From: an uncultured Halobacteriales archaeon | GTDB lineage: Archaea > Halobacteriota > Halobacteria > Halobacteriales > SKSH01 | Assembly (NCBI GenBank): GCA_964579125.1 | Contig: CAZOFG010000001.1 | Location: forward strand, 109,928 to 173,927 | Reading direction: 5' to 3' | DNA length: 64,000 bases | Shown here: positions 9,355 to 18,893 of the stretch, one piece after another | How the letters are laid out: every line of letters starts with the position of its first letter | Numbering within the stretch: position 1 is the first letter of the stretch | Notes under the pieces: model-generated | Told to the model about the DNA's origin: nothing | Database searches by the model: none | The model's input: the letters and a program-made list of their open reading frames with translations, nothing else | Position numbers and translations under genes: made by a program

Positions 9355-10178
9355 CGTCGCCAGCGCCATCAGCCGCCCCCGTCTATACCGACGTCGACAC
9401 AGGCGTCCGCGGATATCTCCGGTTCTTGCGCGCCGCCTTCAAGAAAAAATTGCTGTTGTTATGGCGCTACCCGGTGAACACGCTCTCACAGTTCGGGACG
9501 GTCGTGATCGTCTTTCTCATCGTGTTCTATGGCGGTCAGGCGGTCGCCCCGGCGGCGATCTCCGAAAGCATCGAAGGCATCATCGTCGGCTACTTCCTCT
9601 GGAGCATGGCCGTCACGGCGTACTCGGGGCTGTCCTGGGGGGTGACCCGAGAGGCCCAGTGGGGGACGCTCGAACAGCTGTTCATGTCGCCGTTCGGCTT
9701 CAACGCCGTCATGGTCGCGAAGACCGTGGTGAACGTCCTCGAATCGTTCTTCTGGGGTGCCGGAACGCTTCTCGTTATGATGGTCGTGACCGGCCATTGG
9801 CTCGCGATCGACCCAGTAACCATTCTCCCATTGCTCACCCTCGCCATCGCCCCAGCCGTCGGCATCGGCTTCGTCTTCGGTGGGCTGGCCATCCGGTTCA
9901 AACGCATCGAGAACGCCTTTCAGTTGATGCAGTTCTTCTTCATCGGACTTATCGCTGCGCCCGTCCACGAGTATGCCCTCCTGAAATGGCTCCCGCTCGC
10001 GCAGGGGAGCCAACTCCTCCAGACGGCGATGCAAGACGGTGTCGCCCTCTGGGCACTGCCTGTCGACGAGCTTGGTGTGCTACTCGCCACGGCCGTCGGG
10101 TACCTCGTCCTCGGATACGCCGCGTTTCATTACTGCCAGCGCTGGGCGCGACGCGAAGGCGTCATGGGGCATTACTGA
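9351..10178 (+). CDS. ABC-2 type transporter permease
   Basis: 275-aa six-TM-like hydrophobic protein. GTG start overlaps the ATPase stop (GTGA). Confidence 0.8.
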   Translation: MTSPAPSAAPVYTDVDTGVRGYLRFLRAAFKKKLLLLWRYPVNTLSQFGTVVIVFLIVFYGGQAVAPAAISESIEGIIVGYFLWSMAVTAYSGLSWGVTREAQWGTLEQLFMSPFGFNAVMVAKTVVNVLESFFWGAGTLLVMMVVTGHWLAIDPVTILPLLTLAIAPAVGIGFVFGGLAIRFKRIENAFQLMQFFFIGLIAAPVHEYALLKWLPLAQGSQLLQTAMQDGVALWALPVDELGVLLATAVGYLVLGYAAFHYCQRWARREGVMGHY

Positions 10179-10208
10179 GGGTGCAACATCAGTCGCACCG
10201 AATCCTTA

Positions 10209-11936
10209 ATGGAGGCTCTGACGAAGTGTTCCCCCATGTACGACGAGGACGAACTCGCGGATATCCGTGGGGCCCGCGAGGACTGGGCAGAGCAAACCCT
10301 CGATCCCGCACTCGAGCACGCCGGCGAGCGAAAGGATCGGTTTGCCACGGTCTCTAACCTCGAGGTCGATCGACTGTACACGCCAGAGGACGTGGGCGAT
10401 CTCGAGTACCTCGAAGACCTCGGATTCCCGGGCGAGCCCCCGTACACGCGGGGACCGTACCCTACGATGCACCGGGGTCGGTTGTGGACGATGCGCCAAT
10501 TCGCCGGCTTCGGCACGCCCGAAGAGACCAACGAGCGATTTCATTACCTCATCGAGGAAGGACAGACGGGGCTCTCGACGGCCTTCGATATGCCGTCGCT
10601 GATGGGTATCGACTCGGATGACCGCATGAGCGACGGCGAGGTGGGCCGTGAAGGCGTCGCGGTCGACACGCTGCGCGATATGGAGATCATTTTCGACGGA
10701 ATCGACCTCGGCGAGATCTCGACGAGTTTCACGATCAACCCGAGCGCACCGGTCATTTACGCGATGTACGTCGCCCTCGCCGATCAACAGGGCGTTCCCC
10801 GCGAGCGGATTCGGGGGACACTCCAGAACGACATGTTCAAGGAGTTCATCGCGCAGAAGGAGTGGGTGGTTCCCCCGGATCCCTCACTGAAACTCGTCAC
10901 TGACGTGGTCGAATTCGCCGCGGACGAGACGCCGAAGTTCCATCCCATCTCCATCTCCGGATATCACATCCGTGAGGCCGGGTCGACGGCCATCCAAGAG
11001 TTGGCGTTCACGTTAGCGGACGGCTTCGCCTACGTCGAGGACGCCCTCGACCGGGGGCTCGAATTGCCCGAATTCGCTCCCCGACTCTCGTTCTTCTTCA
11101 ACTGTCACAACTCCTTTTTCGAGGAGATCGCCAAATTCCGTGCGGCCCGGCGTATTTGGGCGGATCGCATGGCTGAGTGGTATGGGGCGACCGAGGACGA
11201 GGTACGCCGGCTCAAGTTCCACACTCAAACGGCCGGGCAGAGTCTCACCGCCCAACAGCCCCTGAACAACGTCACCCGCACAACGATCCAAGCGCTCGCG
11301 GCCGTACTCGGCGGGACCCAAAGCCTCCACACGAACAGCTACGACGAGGCCCACGCTCTCCCGAGCGAGGAGGCCGTCCGGGTGGCCCTCAGAACCCAAC
11401 AGATCATCGCCGAGGAATCTGGCGTCGCCGACACGGTCGACCCGCTCGGGGGGAGCTTTGCCGTCGAAGCGCTGACCAACGAGGTCGAAGAAGAGGCGAT
11501 GGCCTACATCGAAGAGATTCGTGACCTCGGTGACGGGTCGATGCGGGAAGGCGTCCTCGCCGGGATCGACGAGGGCTACTTCCAGCGTGAAATCCAGGAG
11601 GCCGCCTACGAGTACCAGGAACGCGTCGAACGCGAGGAGGAAGTCGTCGTCGGGGTCAACAAATACACCATCGAGGAGGACACCAGCCCCGAAATCCTCA
11701 AAATCGACGAGGCAACCCAACGCGAGCAGCGCGAGCGCCTTGCCCACGTCAAAGACGAGCGCGACGACGAGGCCGTCGAAACCGCCCTTGCTGAGATCCG
11801 AGCAGCTGAGAAAGCCGGGGAGAACGTCATTCCGCCGATGATCGAGGCGGTGAAAGCGTATGCCACGATGGGGGAGATTATGTCGGTCTTCGAAGACCTC
11901 CACGGCCCCTATCAGGAGACGATCGGCGTCGCTTGA
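10209..11936 (+). CDS. mcmA: Methylmalonyl-CoA mutase, large catalytic subunit
   Basis: LWTMRQFAGFGTPEETNERFHYLIEEGQTGLSTAFDMPSLMGIDSDD and downstream MCM core. Alternative ATG at 10236. Confidence 0.93.
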   Translation: MEALTKCSPMYDEDELADIRGAREDWAEQTLDPALEHAGERKDRFATVSNLEVDRLYTPEDVGDLEYLEDLGFPGEPPYTRGPYPTMHRGRLWTMRQFAGFGTPEETNERFHYLIEEGQTGLSTAFDMPSLMGIDSDDRMSDGEVGREGVAVDTLRDMEIIFDGIDLGEISTSFTINPSAPVIYAMYVALADQQGVPRERIRGTLQNDMFKEFIAQKEWVVPPDPSLKLVTDVVEFAADETPKFHPISISGYHIREAGSTAIQELAFTLADGFAYVEDALDRGLELPEFAPRLSFFFNCHNSFFEEIAKFRAARRIWADRMAEWYGATEDEVRRLKFHTQTAGQSLTAQQPLNNVTRTTIQALAAVLGGTQSLHTNSYDEAHALPSEEAVRVALRTQQIIAEESGVADTVDPLGGSFAVEALTNEVEEEAMAYIEEIRDLGDGSMREGVLAGIDEGYFQREIQEAAYEYQERVEREEEVVVGVNKYTIEEDTSPEILKIDEATQREQRERLAHVKDERDDEAVETALAEIRAAEKAGENVIPPMIEAVKAYATMGEIMSVFEDLHGPYQETIGVA

Positions 11937-11987
11937 GTCGATCTTGCCGCCCGAATCGGGCTGAGGTGTCGAGCGTTCGCGGCTCCC

Positions 11988-12974
11988 TTACGGTCGATCG
12001 TCGTCTTCGAGACACGCCCAAATCGGGTCGGTCACCGACTCGACTGCAGCGTAGGGGTCCGTTTCACGTGCGCGAATCGCGTCGACGAGCTCGGTCATGC
12101 CGCCCTGGGCGGCGAGTTCTTCGTCGATCATCGCACCTACATCCTCCCGCAACAGCGTTCTGAGTTCTTCGCGATAGCGTCGGCGCTGCTGGTCACGTCC
12201 CGAGTCAGTCGTGGTGAGATGCTCGCGGTGCGCATCGATCGCGTCGATGAGGTCAGCAATCCCCGTTTCCGCCGTCGCAACGGTCTCGATGATGGGGGGT
12301 TCCCACGCCTCACCGCCCTCGAGTTCGGGATCGATCCGACTCAACTCGCGCAGTTCCTCGACGACCCGGTCGGCCCCGTCGAGATCCGCCTTGTTCACGA
12401 CGAAGACATCCGCGATCTCGAGGATGCCCGCTTTGAGGACTTGGACCATATCGCCAGATTGGGGCGGCACGAGCACGAGAACGGTTCCGGCCGTCCGTAC
12501 GATGTCGATCTCGTTCTGACCGGCCCCGACCGTTTCGATGATGATCCGATCCATGCCGGCCGCGTCGAACACGCGGACCGCGTCCGCCGTCGCGCTTGAG
12601 AGTCCGCCGAGAGTGCCCCTGGCGCTCATCGAGCGCACGAAGACGTCATCGTCGGTGACCGCCTCGGCCATGCGGATCCGATCGCCTAGTACCGCCCCAC
12701 CGGAAAAGGGCGATGAGGGATCGATCGCGATGACACCGACGGACTCCCCTCGATCCCGATACGCACCGACGAGTTTGTCCACGAGGGTCGATTTGCCGGC
12801 GCCGGGACTACCAGTCACCCCGATCACCGACGCATCGGTGCTTTGGCGGTGTAACGCACCGACGAGGTCCCGATAGCCAGGCTCACGGTTTTCGATGCGC
12901 GTAATGGCGCGGGCGATCGCCCGCTGCTCACCGGTCACAACGCCCTCGGGGAGGTCGGGCTCCTCGGCCGTCAT
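11988..12974 (-). CDS. meaB: Methylmalonyl-CoA mutase-associated G-protein MeaB (ArgK family)
   Basis: P-loop GVTGSPGAGKSTLVDKL, IAIDPSSPFSGGAVLGDRIRM, NKADL. Start overlaps the mcmB stop. Confidence 0.92.
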   Translation of the reverse strand: MTAEEPDLPEGVVTGEQRAIARAITRIENREPGYRDLVGALHRQSTDASVIGVTGSPGAGKSTLVDKLVGAYRDRGESVGVIAIDPSSPFSGGAVLGDRIRMAEAVTDDDVFVRSMSARGTLGGLSSATADAVRVFDAAGMDRIIIETVGAGQNEIDIVRTAGTVLVLVPPQSGDMVQVLKAGILEIADVFVVNKADLDGADRVVEELRELSRIDPELEGGEAWEPPIIETVATAETGIADLIDAIDAHREHLTTTDSGRDQQRRRYREELRTLLREDVGAMIDEELAAQGGMTELVDAIRARETDPYAAVESVTDPIWACLEDDDRP

Positions 12975-13387
12975 CGCTCCGGCACGTGATCGCGAATAAA
13001 CGAAATAGTCTCCTCGATGCTCGTGCCGGGGCCGAAGACCTCCGCGACGCCAGCCTCTTTGAGCGCTTCGGCGTCCTCATCGGGGATAACCCCGCCGACG
13101 AGGACGAGGGTGTCCTCGAACGCCTCGGCTTCTTGAAGGCCCTCGATGACCTGTGGAACGAGCGTGTTGTGCGCACCGGAGAGGATCGAGATGCCGATCA
13201 CGTCGACATCTTCCTGGATGGCAGCTTGGACGATCTCCTCGGGGGCCCGATGCAGCCCCGAGTACACGACCTCGAAGCCGGCGTCACGAAACGCTCGCGC
13301 GATCACGTGTGCCCCACGGTCGTGTCCATCGAGGCCGACCTTCGCAACGAGACAGCGAATCGCCCGCTGTCGGCCATCGGTGCTCAT
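12971..13387 (-). CDS. mcmB: Methylmalonyl-CoA mutase, cobalamin-binding small subunit
   Basis: 138 aa with the B12-binding DxHxxG context VAKVGLDGHDRGAHVIARAF. Confidence 0.92.
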   Translation of the reverse strand: MSTDGRQRAIRCLVAKVGLDGHDRGAHVIARAFRDAGFEVVYSGLHRAPEEIVQAAIQEDVDVIGISILSGAHNTLVPQVIEGLQEAEAFEDTLVLVGGVIPDEDAEALKEAGVAEVFGPGTSIEETISFIRDHVPER

Positions 13388-13490
13388 TGGTGAATCCGTG
13401 CCCCGCTGACCGTATCACGTTTTCGAAGCACCATAAAGGGAAACCGTATTGAGCCCGCGGGATTGACCCTCACGAACGAGTCGAATATTT

Positions 13491-14078
13491 GTGCCCCGCC
13501 TCAATTCCGTCGATCCCCTCCGCGTCACAGCCGGGTTGACGGCCATCGCGTACGCGGTTGTGATCGCGACGTTCGTCGATGCCCTGCCGATCTATCCCTC
13601 GCTGACATCCACTGAGATCGACCTCTTTTCGCACGCCATCGCCGTGGTCAATACCCTCACGATCGTGACGATTCTTGCTGGAGTGTATTGCATCCGCCAT
13701 CGCCGCATCCGCGCGCACGCCGCCGCCATGGCCACGTCGGTTGGATTGATTTTGCTGTTTCTCGTGTTGTATCTCTGGAAGATCGGTGGCGGTGGCACGA
13801 AGGAAATCGCCGGTGATCCCCACATGCTCGTCTATTACGCGTATCTCGCGATGCTCGCCATCCACATCGTGTTATCCATCATCGCGGTGCCACTCGTCTT
13901 GTACGTCCTGCTGTTGGCGCTCACCACACCGATCGAACGCATTGGGCAAACACGCCATCCGACGATCGGACGGTGGGCTGCCGGTGTCTGGCTGGTCAGC
14001 CTCATCCTCGGCGTCATCACCTACGTAATTCTCAATCACGTGTACGAACCGACGCTAATGCTCAACGGCTGGTGGTAG
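13491..14078 (+). CDS. DUF420-like integral membrane protein
   Basis: 195 aa, ~4-5 TM helices with conserved His (HAIAVVNT..., IRHRRIRAHAAAM...) as I recall for DUF420. GTG start. Family assignment is from memory. Confidence 0.65.
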   Translation: MPRLNSVDPLRVTAGLTAIAYAVVIATFVDALPIYPSLTSTEIDLFSHAIAVVNTLTIVTILAGVYCIRHRRIRAHAAAMATSVGLILLFLVLYLWKIGGGGTKEIAGDPHMLVYYAYLAMLAIHIVLSIIAVPLVLYVLLLALTTPIERIGQTRHPTIGRWAAGVWLVSLILGVITYVILNHVYEPTLMLNGWW

Positions 14079-14805
14079 GCACACTCGCCGCCCCGATAGC
14101 AAACAGCGCTCCAGCCGCGAGCAGCACCAGGGCAACCGCAAGCGCATCCGGCGGCGAGCCAGCGAACGCCGCTCGCATCGCCCGTGCATAGTGTGTGACC
14201 GGGGAGAATTCGACGAGCCACCTGGTCGCGTCGGGAAAAACCGTCGGTGGTAGCAACGTCTCTGAGAAAAAGGCGATCGGAAACCCGATGGCATTGGCGA
14301 TGGCGATGGCCCCGTCTTCTGAATCGGCCAGTCGGCCGATGATGGCACCAACTCCGGCGAACGTCGCGAGAACGGCGATACTCAACGGAATGAACCAAAG
14401 CGTCAGATTCGCGCTCGCGGTGGTTAGTGTGACACCGGCACCGAACACGATTGCCACCGGGATAGCTGCCAGGGCCCCTGCAACAATGACGCGCGCTGCG
14501 AGGTACTCCCACCGGCGCAATGGCGTCGTCGCGAGCTTATCGAACCGAGCCGCAGCGCGGTCCCGAGGCACCGAGCCAGCCACCCGCGACAGCGGGGCGA
14601 ACACCAGGACGACTGCGGCGTAGCCCGGAAGAAAGTACGACGCGTCGGCCCCGAGGAACGTTCCATCACCAGCCCGAATCGCCGCCACGTAGACCAGAAC
14701 GAAAAGAATCGGAAAAATAAGGGTGAAAAACAACGCCGTCCGGCGCCGGGTGAAGGATTTGAACTCGGCGATGCACTCCGTACGTACGCGAGTGTAGCGA
14801 CTCAT
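14062..14805 (-). CDS. ABC-2 type transporter permease
   Basis: 247-aa six-TM-like protein. Start overlaps the stop of the upstream ATPase (ATGA). Confidence 0.8.
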   Translation of the reverse strand: MSRYTRVRTECIAEFKSFTRRRTALFFTLIFPILFVLVYVAAIRAGDGTFLGADASYFLPGYAAVVLVFAPLSRVAGSVPRDRAAARFDKLATTPLRRWEYLAARVIVAGALAAIPVAIVFGAGVTLTTASANLTLWFIPLSIAVLATFAGVGAIIGRLADSEDGAIAIANAIGFPIAFFSETLLPPTVFPDATRWLVEFSPVTHYARAMRAAFAGSPPDALAVALVLLAAGALFAIGAASVPTTSR

Positions 14806-15695
14806 CGGTCCTCATCCTCCTCGAGGACGGTCATGAAGAACTCTTCCAGTGGTGGGTGCTCCCATCGCATCGATCGGACCTCGAAGTCCGCGTCCGTCAA
14901 CTCAGTAAGCACCGCCGCCACGTCCGAGAGGGTTTGCGAATCGAACGTAACGGCTTCGTCCACAATATGTGCGTCCGGAAATCGTTCGGCGATGGGGCCC
15001 GGGTCCGGCGTCTCGATATGCAGGCGCTTGTGGCCGAGTTGATCAGCGATGAGGGAATCGACCTCGCCGAATGCGAGCAATTCGCCTTCGTTGAAAAACG
15101 CCACGCGATCCGCGAGCCGATCGGCTTCCTGCATGTCGTGCGTCGTTACGAGAATGGTCGTGTCCGCATCGAGTAGCGTCGGGAGATACGACCAGATCGC
15201 CTGCTTTCCGGCGGGATCGATGCCTGTCGTCGGTTCGTCGAGAATGAGCAGGTCGGGATCGTTGATCAACGCGGCGGCCAAACACGTACGGCGCTGTTGC
15301 CCGCCGGAGAGGTGGCGATACTGGCGCGTGGCGGCCTCTGCAAGGCCGAGTTCATCGATCAGCGCCGAGACGGGACGCCCCTGCTCGTAGAGGCCACGAT
15401 ATCGAGTGAGAAGTTCGCGAGGGCTGAGTCGTTCGAGCGGTCGATACGATTGTGGGAGGAGCCCAATGCGCTCACGCGCGACCGACCGGGGCGTCTCGCC
15501 CAGCACCGAGATCGAGCCCGCATCGGGGGTCAAAATGCCGGTTAACAACCGGACGAAGGTTGTTTTCCCCGCACCGTTCGGGCCGAGAATTGCGGTGATC
15601 GAGTTCGCCGGAATCGTGACACGCACATCCTCCAGTGCCGTCGTGTCGTCGTAGGAAAACGAGACCGACTCGAGGGCGATCGCCGGCGACGACAT
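14802..15695 (-). CDS. ABC transporter ATP-binding protein (ABC-2 exporter)
   Basis: Walker A GPNGAGKTT, signature LSGGQQRR, Walker B LLILDEPTTGID. I use the ATG at 15695 (MSSPAIALESV...); the track extension to 15809 is Arg-rich and unlikely. Confidence 0.9.
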   Translation of the reverse strand: MSSPAIALESVSFSYDDTTALEDVRVTIPANSITAILGPNGAGKTTFVRLLTGILTPDAGSISVLGETPRSVARERIGLLPQSYRPLERLSPRELLTRYRGLYEQGRPVSALIDELGLAEAATRQYRHLSGGQQRRTCLAAALINDPDLLILDEPTTGIDPAGKQAIWSYLPTLLDADTTILVTTHDMQEADRLADRVAFFNEGELLAFGEVDSLIADQLGHKRLHIETPDPGPIAERFPDAHIVDEAVTFDSQTLSDVAAVLTELTDADFEVRSMRWEHPPLEEFFMTVLEEDEDR

Positions 15696-15756
15696 ACCGG
15701 CGACTCGCCGGCGATGGCTCCTAAACGTTCGGATCGGTGGAAAACTGCCTCGCGCG

Positions 15757-16170
15757 TTACAGCGACAGGCCCGCACTATACGCCCATTCGTAGCCCGCCA
15801 GCCCAACAAGGGCCAATGCGGCTCCAGTCAGCGCGATGTTTTTCAGAAACTGTGTCATTTCGGTTTCGGCTGCTTCGCCCTCCTGCGCCCAGAAATCGTG
15901 CATCGTCAGGGCCGCCACGACGAGGAAGGCCGCGAGGGCGAGCGCACCCACGGCCGGATAGACACCAGCCACGACCGAGAGGCCGCCGGCCACCAACACG
16001 ATCCCCGAGCCGATGACGGCGAGGCTCGGTGCTGGCAGGCCTTTGTACTCGGCGTATCCGGTCATGTCCTCAAGCGAGAGGAAGTGATTCAATCCCATGA
16101 ACGCGAGGACGCCACCGAATAGGATGCGACCGACCAAGAGAAGCCCTTCTTCGAGTCCGCTCAGTGTCAT
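15757..16170 (-). CDS. DoxX-family membrane protein
   Basis: 137 aa, 4 TM helices with GRILFGGVLAFMGLNHF, typical of DoxX. Confidence 0.75.
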   Translation of the reverse strand: MTLSGLEEGLLLVGRILFGGVLAFMGLNHFLSLEDMTGYAEYKGLPAPSLAVIGSGIVLVAGGLSVVAGVYPAVGALALAAFLVVAALTMHDFWAQEGEAAETEMTQFLKNIALTGAALALVGLAGYEWAYSAGLSL

Positions 16171-16306
16171 GCGTCACCCACCTCCGCGCTGTCTGTGCGT
16201 TCCTGCGTCGATACGTTCGATACCAATTGTGGTAACATTACAGTAGTAGGTTCGGAAAGGAACCCATTTATATTCACGGTGATATATTTGTCAGTAGGTT
16301 ACACCG
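16171..16306. promoter_or_regulatory. Divergent DoxX / HxlR promoter region with repeated 8-mer
   Basis: AT-richer 136-bp spacer. AGTAGGTT occurs at 16245-16252 and 16293-16300. TATA-like TTTATA at 16267-16272 and ATATATTT at 16282-16289, upstream of the ATG at 16307. Confidence 0.4.
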
Positions 16307-16666
16307 ATGTCTTCACTCGAGGATCCCGATGAACCGGCCAGCGATCCGGACGACATTTGTCTGCTCGTCGAGGCAATCGAGCAGATCGGTTCGGAGTGGC
16401 GACTGATCGTGCTCGAGGATCTCACCGATGGCGAGAAGCGCTTCAACGAACTCAAACGCTCAACCGATGCCAGTTCGCGCACGCTCTCACGGGTCCTCGA
16501 CGATCTTCAAGAGGCGCAATTGGTCCGCCGACGCGTCGAAGACGATCCACTCGCGACGTACTATTGCCTCACCGAAAAGGGCGAGGCACTGGAGCCAGTC
16601 TTTGAGTGTCTCGAAGCATGGGCCGAGGACTGGGCACTCGTGAGGGACTCGGCGACGCCAGCATAA
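16307..16666 (+). CDS. HxlR-family winged-helix transcriptional regulator
   Basis: GSEWRLIVLEDLTDGEKRFNELKRSTDASSRTLSRVLDDLQEAQLVRRR..YYCLTEKG matches the HxlR wHTH pattern. Confidence 0.85.
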   Translation: MSSLEDPDEPASDPDDICLLVEAIEQIGSEWRLIVLEDLTDGEKRFNELKRSTDASSRTLSRVLDDLQEAQLVRRRVEDDPLATYYCLTEKGEALEPVFECLEAWAEDWALVRDSATPA

Positions 16667-16683
16667 TCCGAGTAGTGAACGGC

Positions 16684-16878
16684 TCACTCCCTGGTGAGTG
16701 CATACCAGACTGCAACCGCCGCGAGGCCGATCGCGGGGAGCACCGGAAACACGATAAAGGTCGCCCGGAACCCGAGTTGGGGCGGTCGAAGATAGACGAT
16801 CGCCGGAACGACACCGAAGGCTACCGCTATGGCCGCGATGAACAGCCAGTCTCGGATGTGCTCGGAACGCATCGCCAC
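16684..16878 (-). CDS. Small two-TM membrane protein (hypothetical)
   Basis: 64 aa with two hydrophobic helices. GTG at 16878 abuts the upstream ADH stop; ATG at 16872. No family recognised. Confidence 0.35.
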   Translation of the reverse strand: MAMRSEHIRDWLFIAAIAVAFGVVPAIVYLRPPQLGFRATFIVFPVLPAIGLAAVAVWYALTRE

Positions 16879-17918
16879 TAAACCTTCTCGTCAGGCACGA
16901 GGACCACCTTGCCGACACCGTCCCGCTCCTCGAGGAGGCGATGCCCTTCGGCCGCTTCGCTCATCGGAAGCCGTTCGCGAATGACGGGCTCGAAGGCTCC
17001 ATCCCATACAAGCGAGAGCACGTCATCGATTTCGCCCACGCTCGCCATCGTGGAACCGTGGATCGAGAGTCCATCCCAGAAGACGCGATTCACGTTCAAC
17101 TCCGGGCGACCCCCCGTCGTCGCCCCACAGGTGACGAGCGTCCCGCCCTTGACGAGGCACTTGAGCGAGTCCGACCAGGTCGCCTCGCCGACGTGATCGA
17201 CGACAACGTCGATGCCGCGGCCATCCGTTTCAGTCTTGATTATCTCTTTGAACGACTCCGACTCGTAGTTGATGACGCGATCCGCCCCGAGGTCACTGAC
17301 GGTTTCCAGCTTTTCGTCGGTCCCCCCGCTCGCGTAGACGGTTGCACCGGCATAGTCGGCGATTTGGACGGCTGCATGCCCGACGCCGCCAGTAGCGCCT
17401 TGCACGAGGACCGAATCTCCCGGACCGAGGTCGGTTCGCGTCATCAGCATCCGCCAGGCAGTCTGGAAGACGAGCGGTGCACTCGCTGCAACCGCCCACT
17501 CGACATCTCCGGGCACGCGCGCGAGATTTTCGGCCGGCACCGCCGCGTATTCGGCGTGAACGCCCGACGTATGCTCGCCGATAATGTGGTATTCAGGACA
17601 TAACGGTTCCTCGCCGTTGCGACAGTGCTCGCACGTGCCACACGAAGCGCCAGCCAAGAGTGCGACTCGATCGCCCCGCTCGAAGCGATCGACCTGTTCG
17701 CCCACCTCGCGAACGAGCCCCGCGCCGTCGCTGCCCGGGACGTGTGGGAGCGCCAGGTCGACACCGGGGAGGCCCCGGCGGGTCCAAATATCGAGGTGGT
17801 TCAACGCGCCTGCATATACCTCGACGAGGACCTCATCGGGATCGGGATCCGGATCGGGGTGAGAACCGTATTCGATCACCGACCGATCGCCGTGATCGCG
17901 ATACATGACGGCATCCAT
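16878..17918 (-). CDS. Zinc-binding alcohol dehydrogenase / quinone oxidoreductase family protein
   Basis: MDR-family motifs: GSDGAG, structural-zinc CGTCEHCRNGEEPLC, and nucleotide-binding loop VQGATGGVGHAAVQIA. ATG at 17918 chosen (MDAVMYRDHG...); the extension to 18164 is rejected. Confidence 0.85.
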   Translation of the reverse strand: MDAVMYRDHGDRSVIEYGSHPDPDPDPDEVLVEVYAGALNHLDIWTRRGLPGVDLALPHVPGSDGAGLVREVGEQVDRFERGDRVALLAGASCGTCEHCRNGEEPLCPEYHIIGEHTSGVHAEYAAVPAENLARVPGDVEWAVAASAPLVFQTAWRMLMTRTDLGPGDSVLVQGATGGVGHAAVQIADYAGATVYASGGTDEKLETVSDLGADRVINYESESFKEIIKTETDGRGIDVVVDHVGEATWSDSLKCLVKGGTLVTCGATTGGRPELNVNRVFWDGLSIHGSTMASVGEIDDVLSLVWDGAFEPVIRERLPMSEAAEGHRLLEERDGVGKVVLVPDEKV

Positions 17919-18006
17919 ACGATGCGCTGGCCGGGCGCGAGCAATAGGCTTTGGCGTGTTCGTATCGACCCCGACATACACGGTCCCGCCCCGCCAACAC
18001 GGACAC

Positions 18007-18537
18007 ATGCCGGCCGTCGAACCTGTGGCGATCGAAGGCGAGTTGGGGATCGGTGTCGTCTCGGTGACGACCACGAGAAGTCGTGACGAGGACGCCCCTG
18101 GCGATCGAGCCGTCGAACGGATCGAAGCTGCGGGATACACCGTGCCGATTCGTGAACTCATCAATGACGACTACGACGAGATTCAACGCCTGATCACGCG
18201 CTTCGTGAATCGGAAGGACATCCATGCCGTGGTACTCAACGGGGGGTTCGGGTTGCACGACCGCGACGTGACGGTCGAAGCGATGCGCCAACTCATCGCC
18301 AAGCGACTGCCGGGTGTCGAAGAGGCCATCCGCGCCCAGCTCCGCCAGACCGACGAAACGCTGGCACTCGTGGATCGATCGGTGTGTGGTGTCCGCGCCG
18401 GCGTCGTAGTTTGTGGTGTCCCTGCCGACGCGACCGTCGTCGAGGCTGCCTTGGATGATGTCCTCCTCCCGGAGCTTTCGTATCTCGTTGGGCTCGCTCG
18501 CGTCGGTCGCGAGGGTGAACACGCTGATAGCGGCTAA
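18007..18537 (+). CDS. moaB: MoaB/MogA-family molybdenum cofactor biosynthesis protein
   Basis: GIGVVSVTTTRS...D..G..., VVLNGGFGLHDRDVT, RSVCGVRAGVVVCGVP are typical MoaB. ATG at 18007. Confidence 0.8.
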   Translation: MPAVEPVAIEGELGIGVVSVTTTRSRDEDAPGDRAVERIEAAGYTVPIRELINDDYDEIQRLITRFVNRKDIHAVVLNGGFGLHDRDVTVEAMRQLIAKRLPGVEEAIRAQLRQTDETLALVDRSVCGVRAGVVVCGVPADATVVEAALDDVLLPELSYLVGLARVGREGEHADSG

Positions 18538-18893
18538 ATCCGGCGCGTGTCGCCCGTCGCCTCCGTCGCCCGATCGTGAATCGCCGCGGCGAGTTCTGCC
18601 GGCGAAATCAGACTCGGATCCACCGAGAGATCCGCCTGTGCGCTGGCGAACGGTGGCAGATTCGACGCCGTATACAGTATGACCTGAATGTCCGGGTTGA
18701 GCTCCTTGGCGACCGGGATGAGCGACGCATGGGCCACGTCCGTCAGGACGATCGCCGCCGCCGAGGCCACACCGGCACCCGCGAGGTCCTCCTTGATCGG
18801 CGCGCCAGGCAAGCGATCGGCCGTCAACTCGTGCTCGGCGAGGCCCTCGCGGAAGTCCGGTTCGTCGGGACCGACGATGATGACGTCACTCAT
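18534..18893 (-). CDS. Conserved hypothetical protein (small Rossmann-like), last gene of the pyrG-guaAb operon
   Basis: 119 aa. [12 protein letters not shown]... and [28 protein letters not shown] suggest an alpha/beta fold. Start overlaps the guaAb 3' end by 8 nt. Confidence 0.6.
   Translation of the reverse strand: MSDVIIVGPDEPDFREGLAEHELTADRLPGAPIKEDLAGAGVASAAAIVLTDVAHASLIPVAKELNPDIQVILYTASNLPPFASAQADLSVDPSLISPAELAAAIHDRATEATGDTRRI

Noticed and set aside
10209-13387. Methylmalonyl-CoA mutase cluster (mcmA convergent with meaB-mcmB) as something unusual
   Set aside because: The split large and small subunits plus the MeaB chaperone are the standard archaeal arrangement. Nothing is anomalous beyond normal ATGA coupling.
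17838-17861. Hexamer-like repeat GGGATC GGGATC CGGATC GGGGTG
   Set aside because: It encodes the acidic low-complexity HPDPDPDPDE stretch near the N-terminus of the Zn-ADH. This is an ordinary halophilic acidic insertion, not a regulatory repeat.
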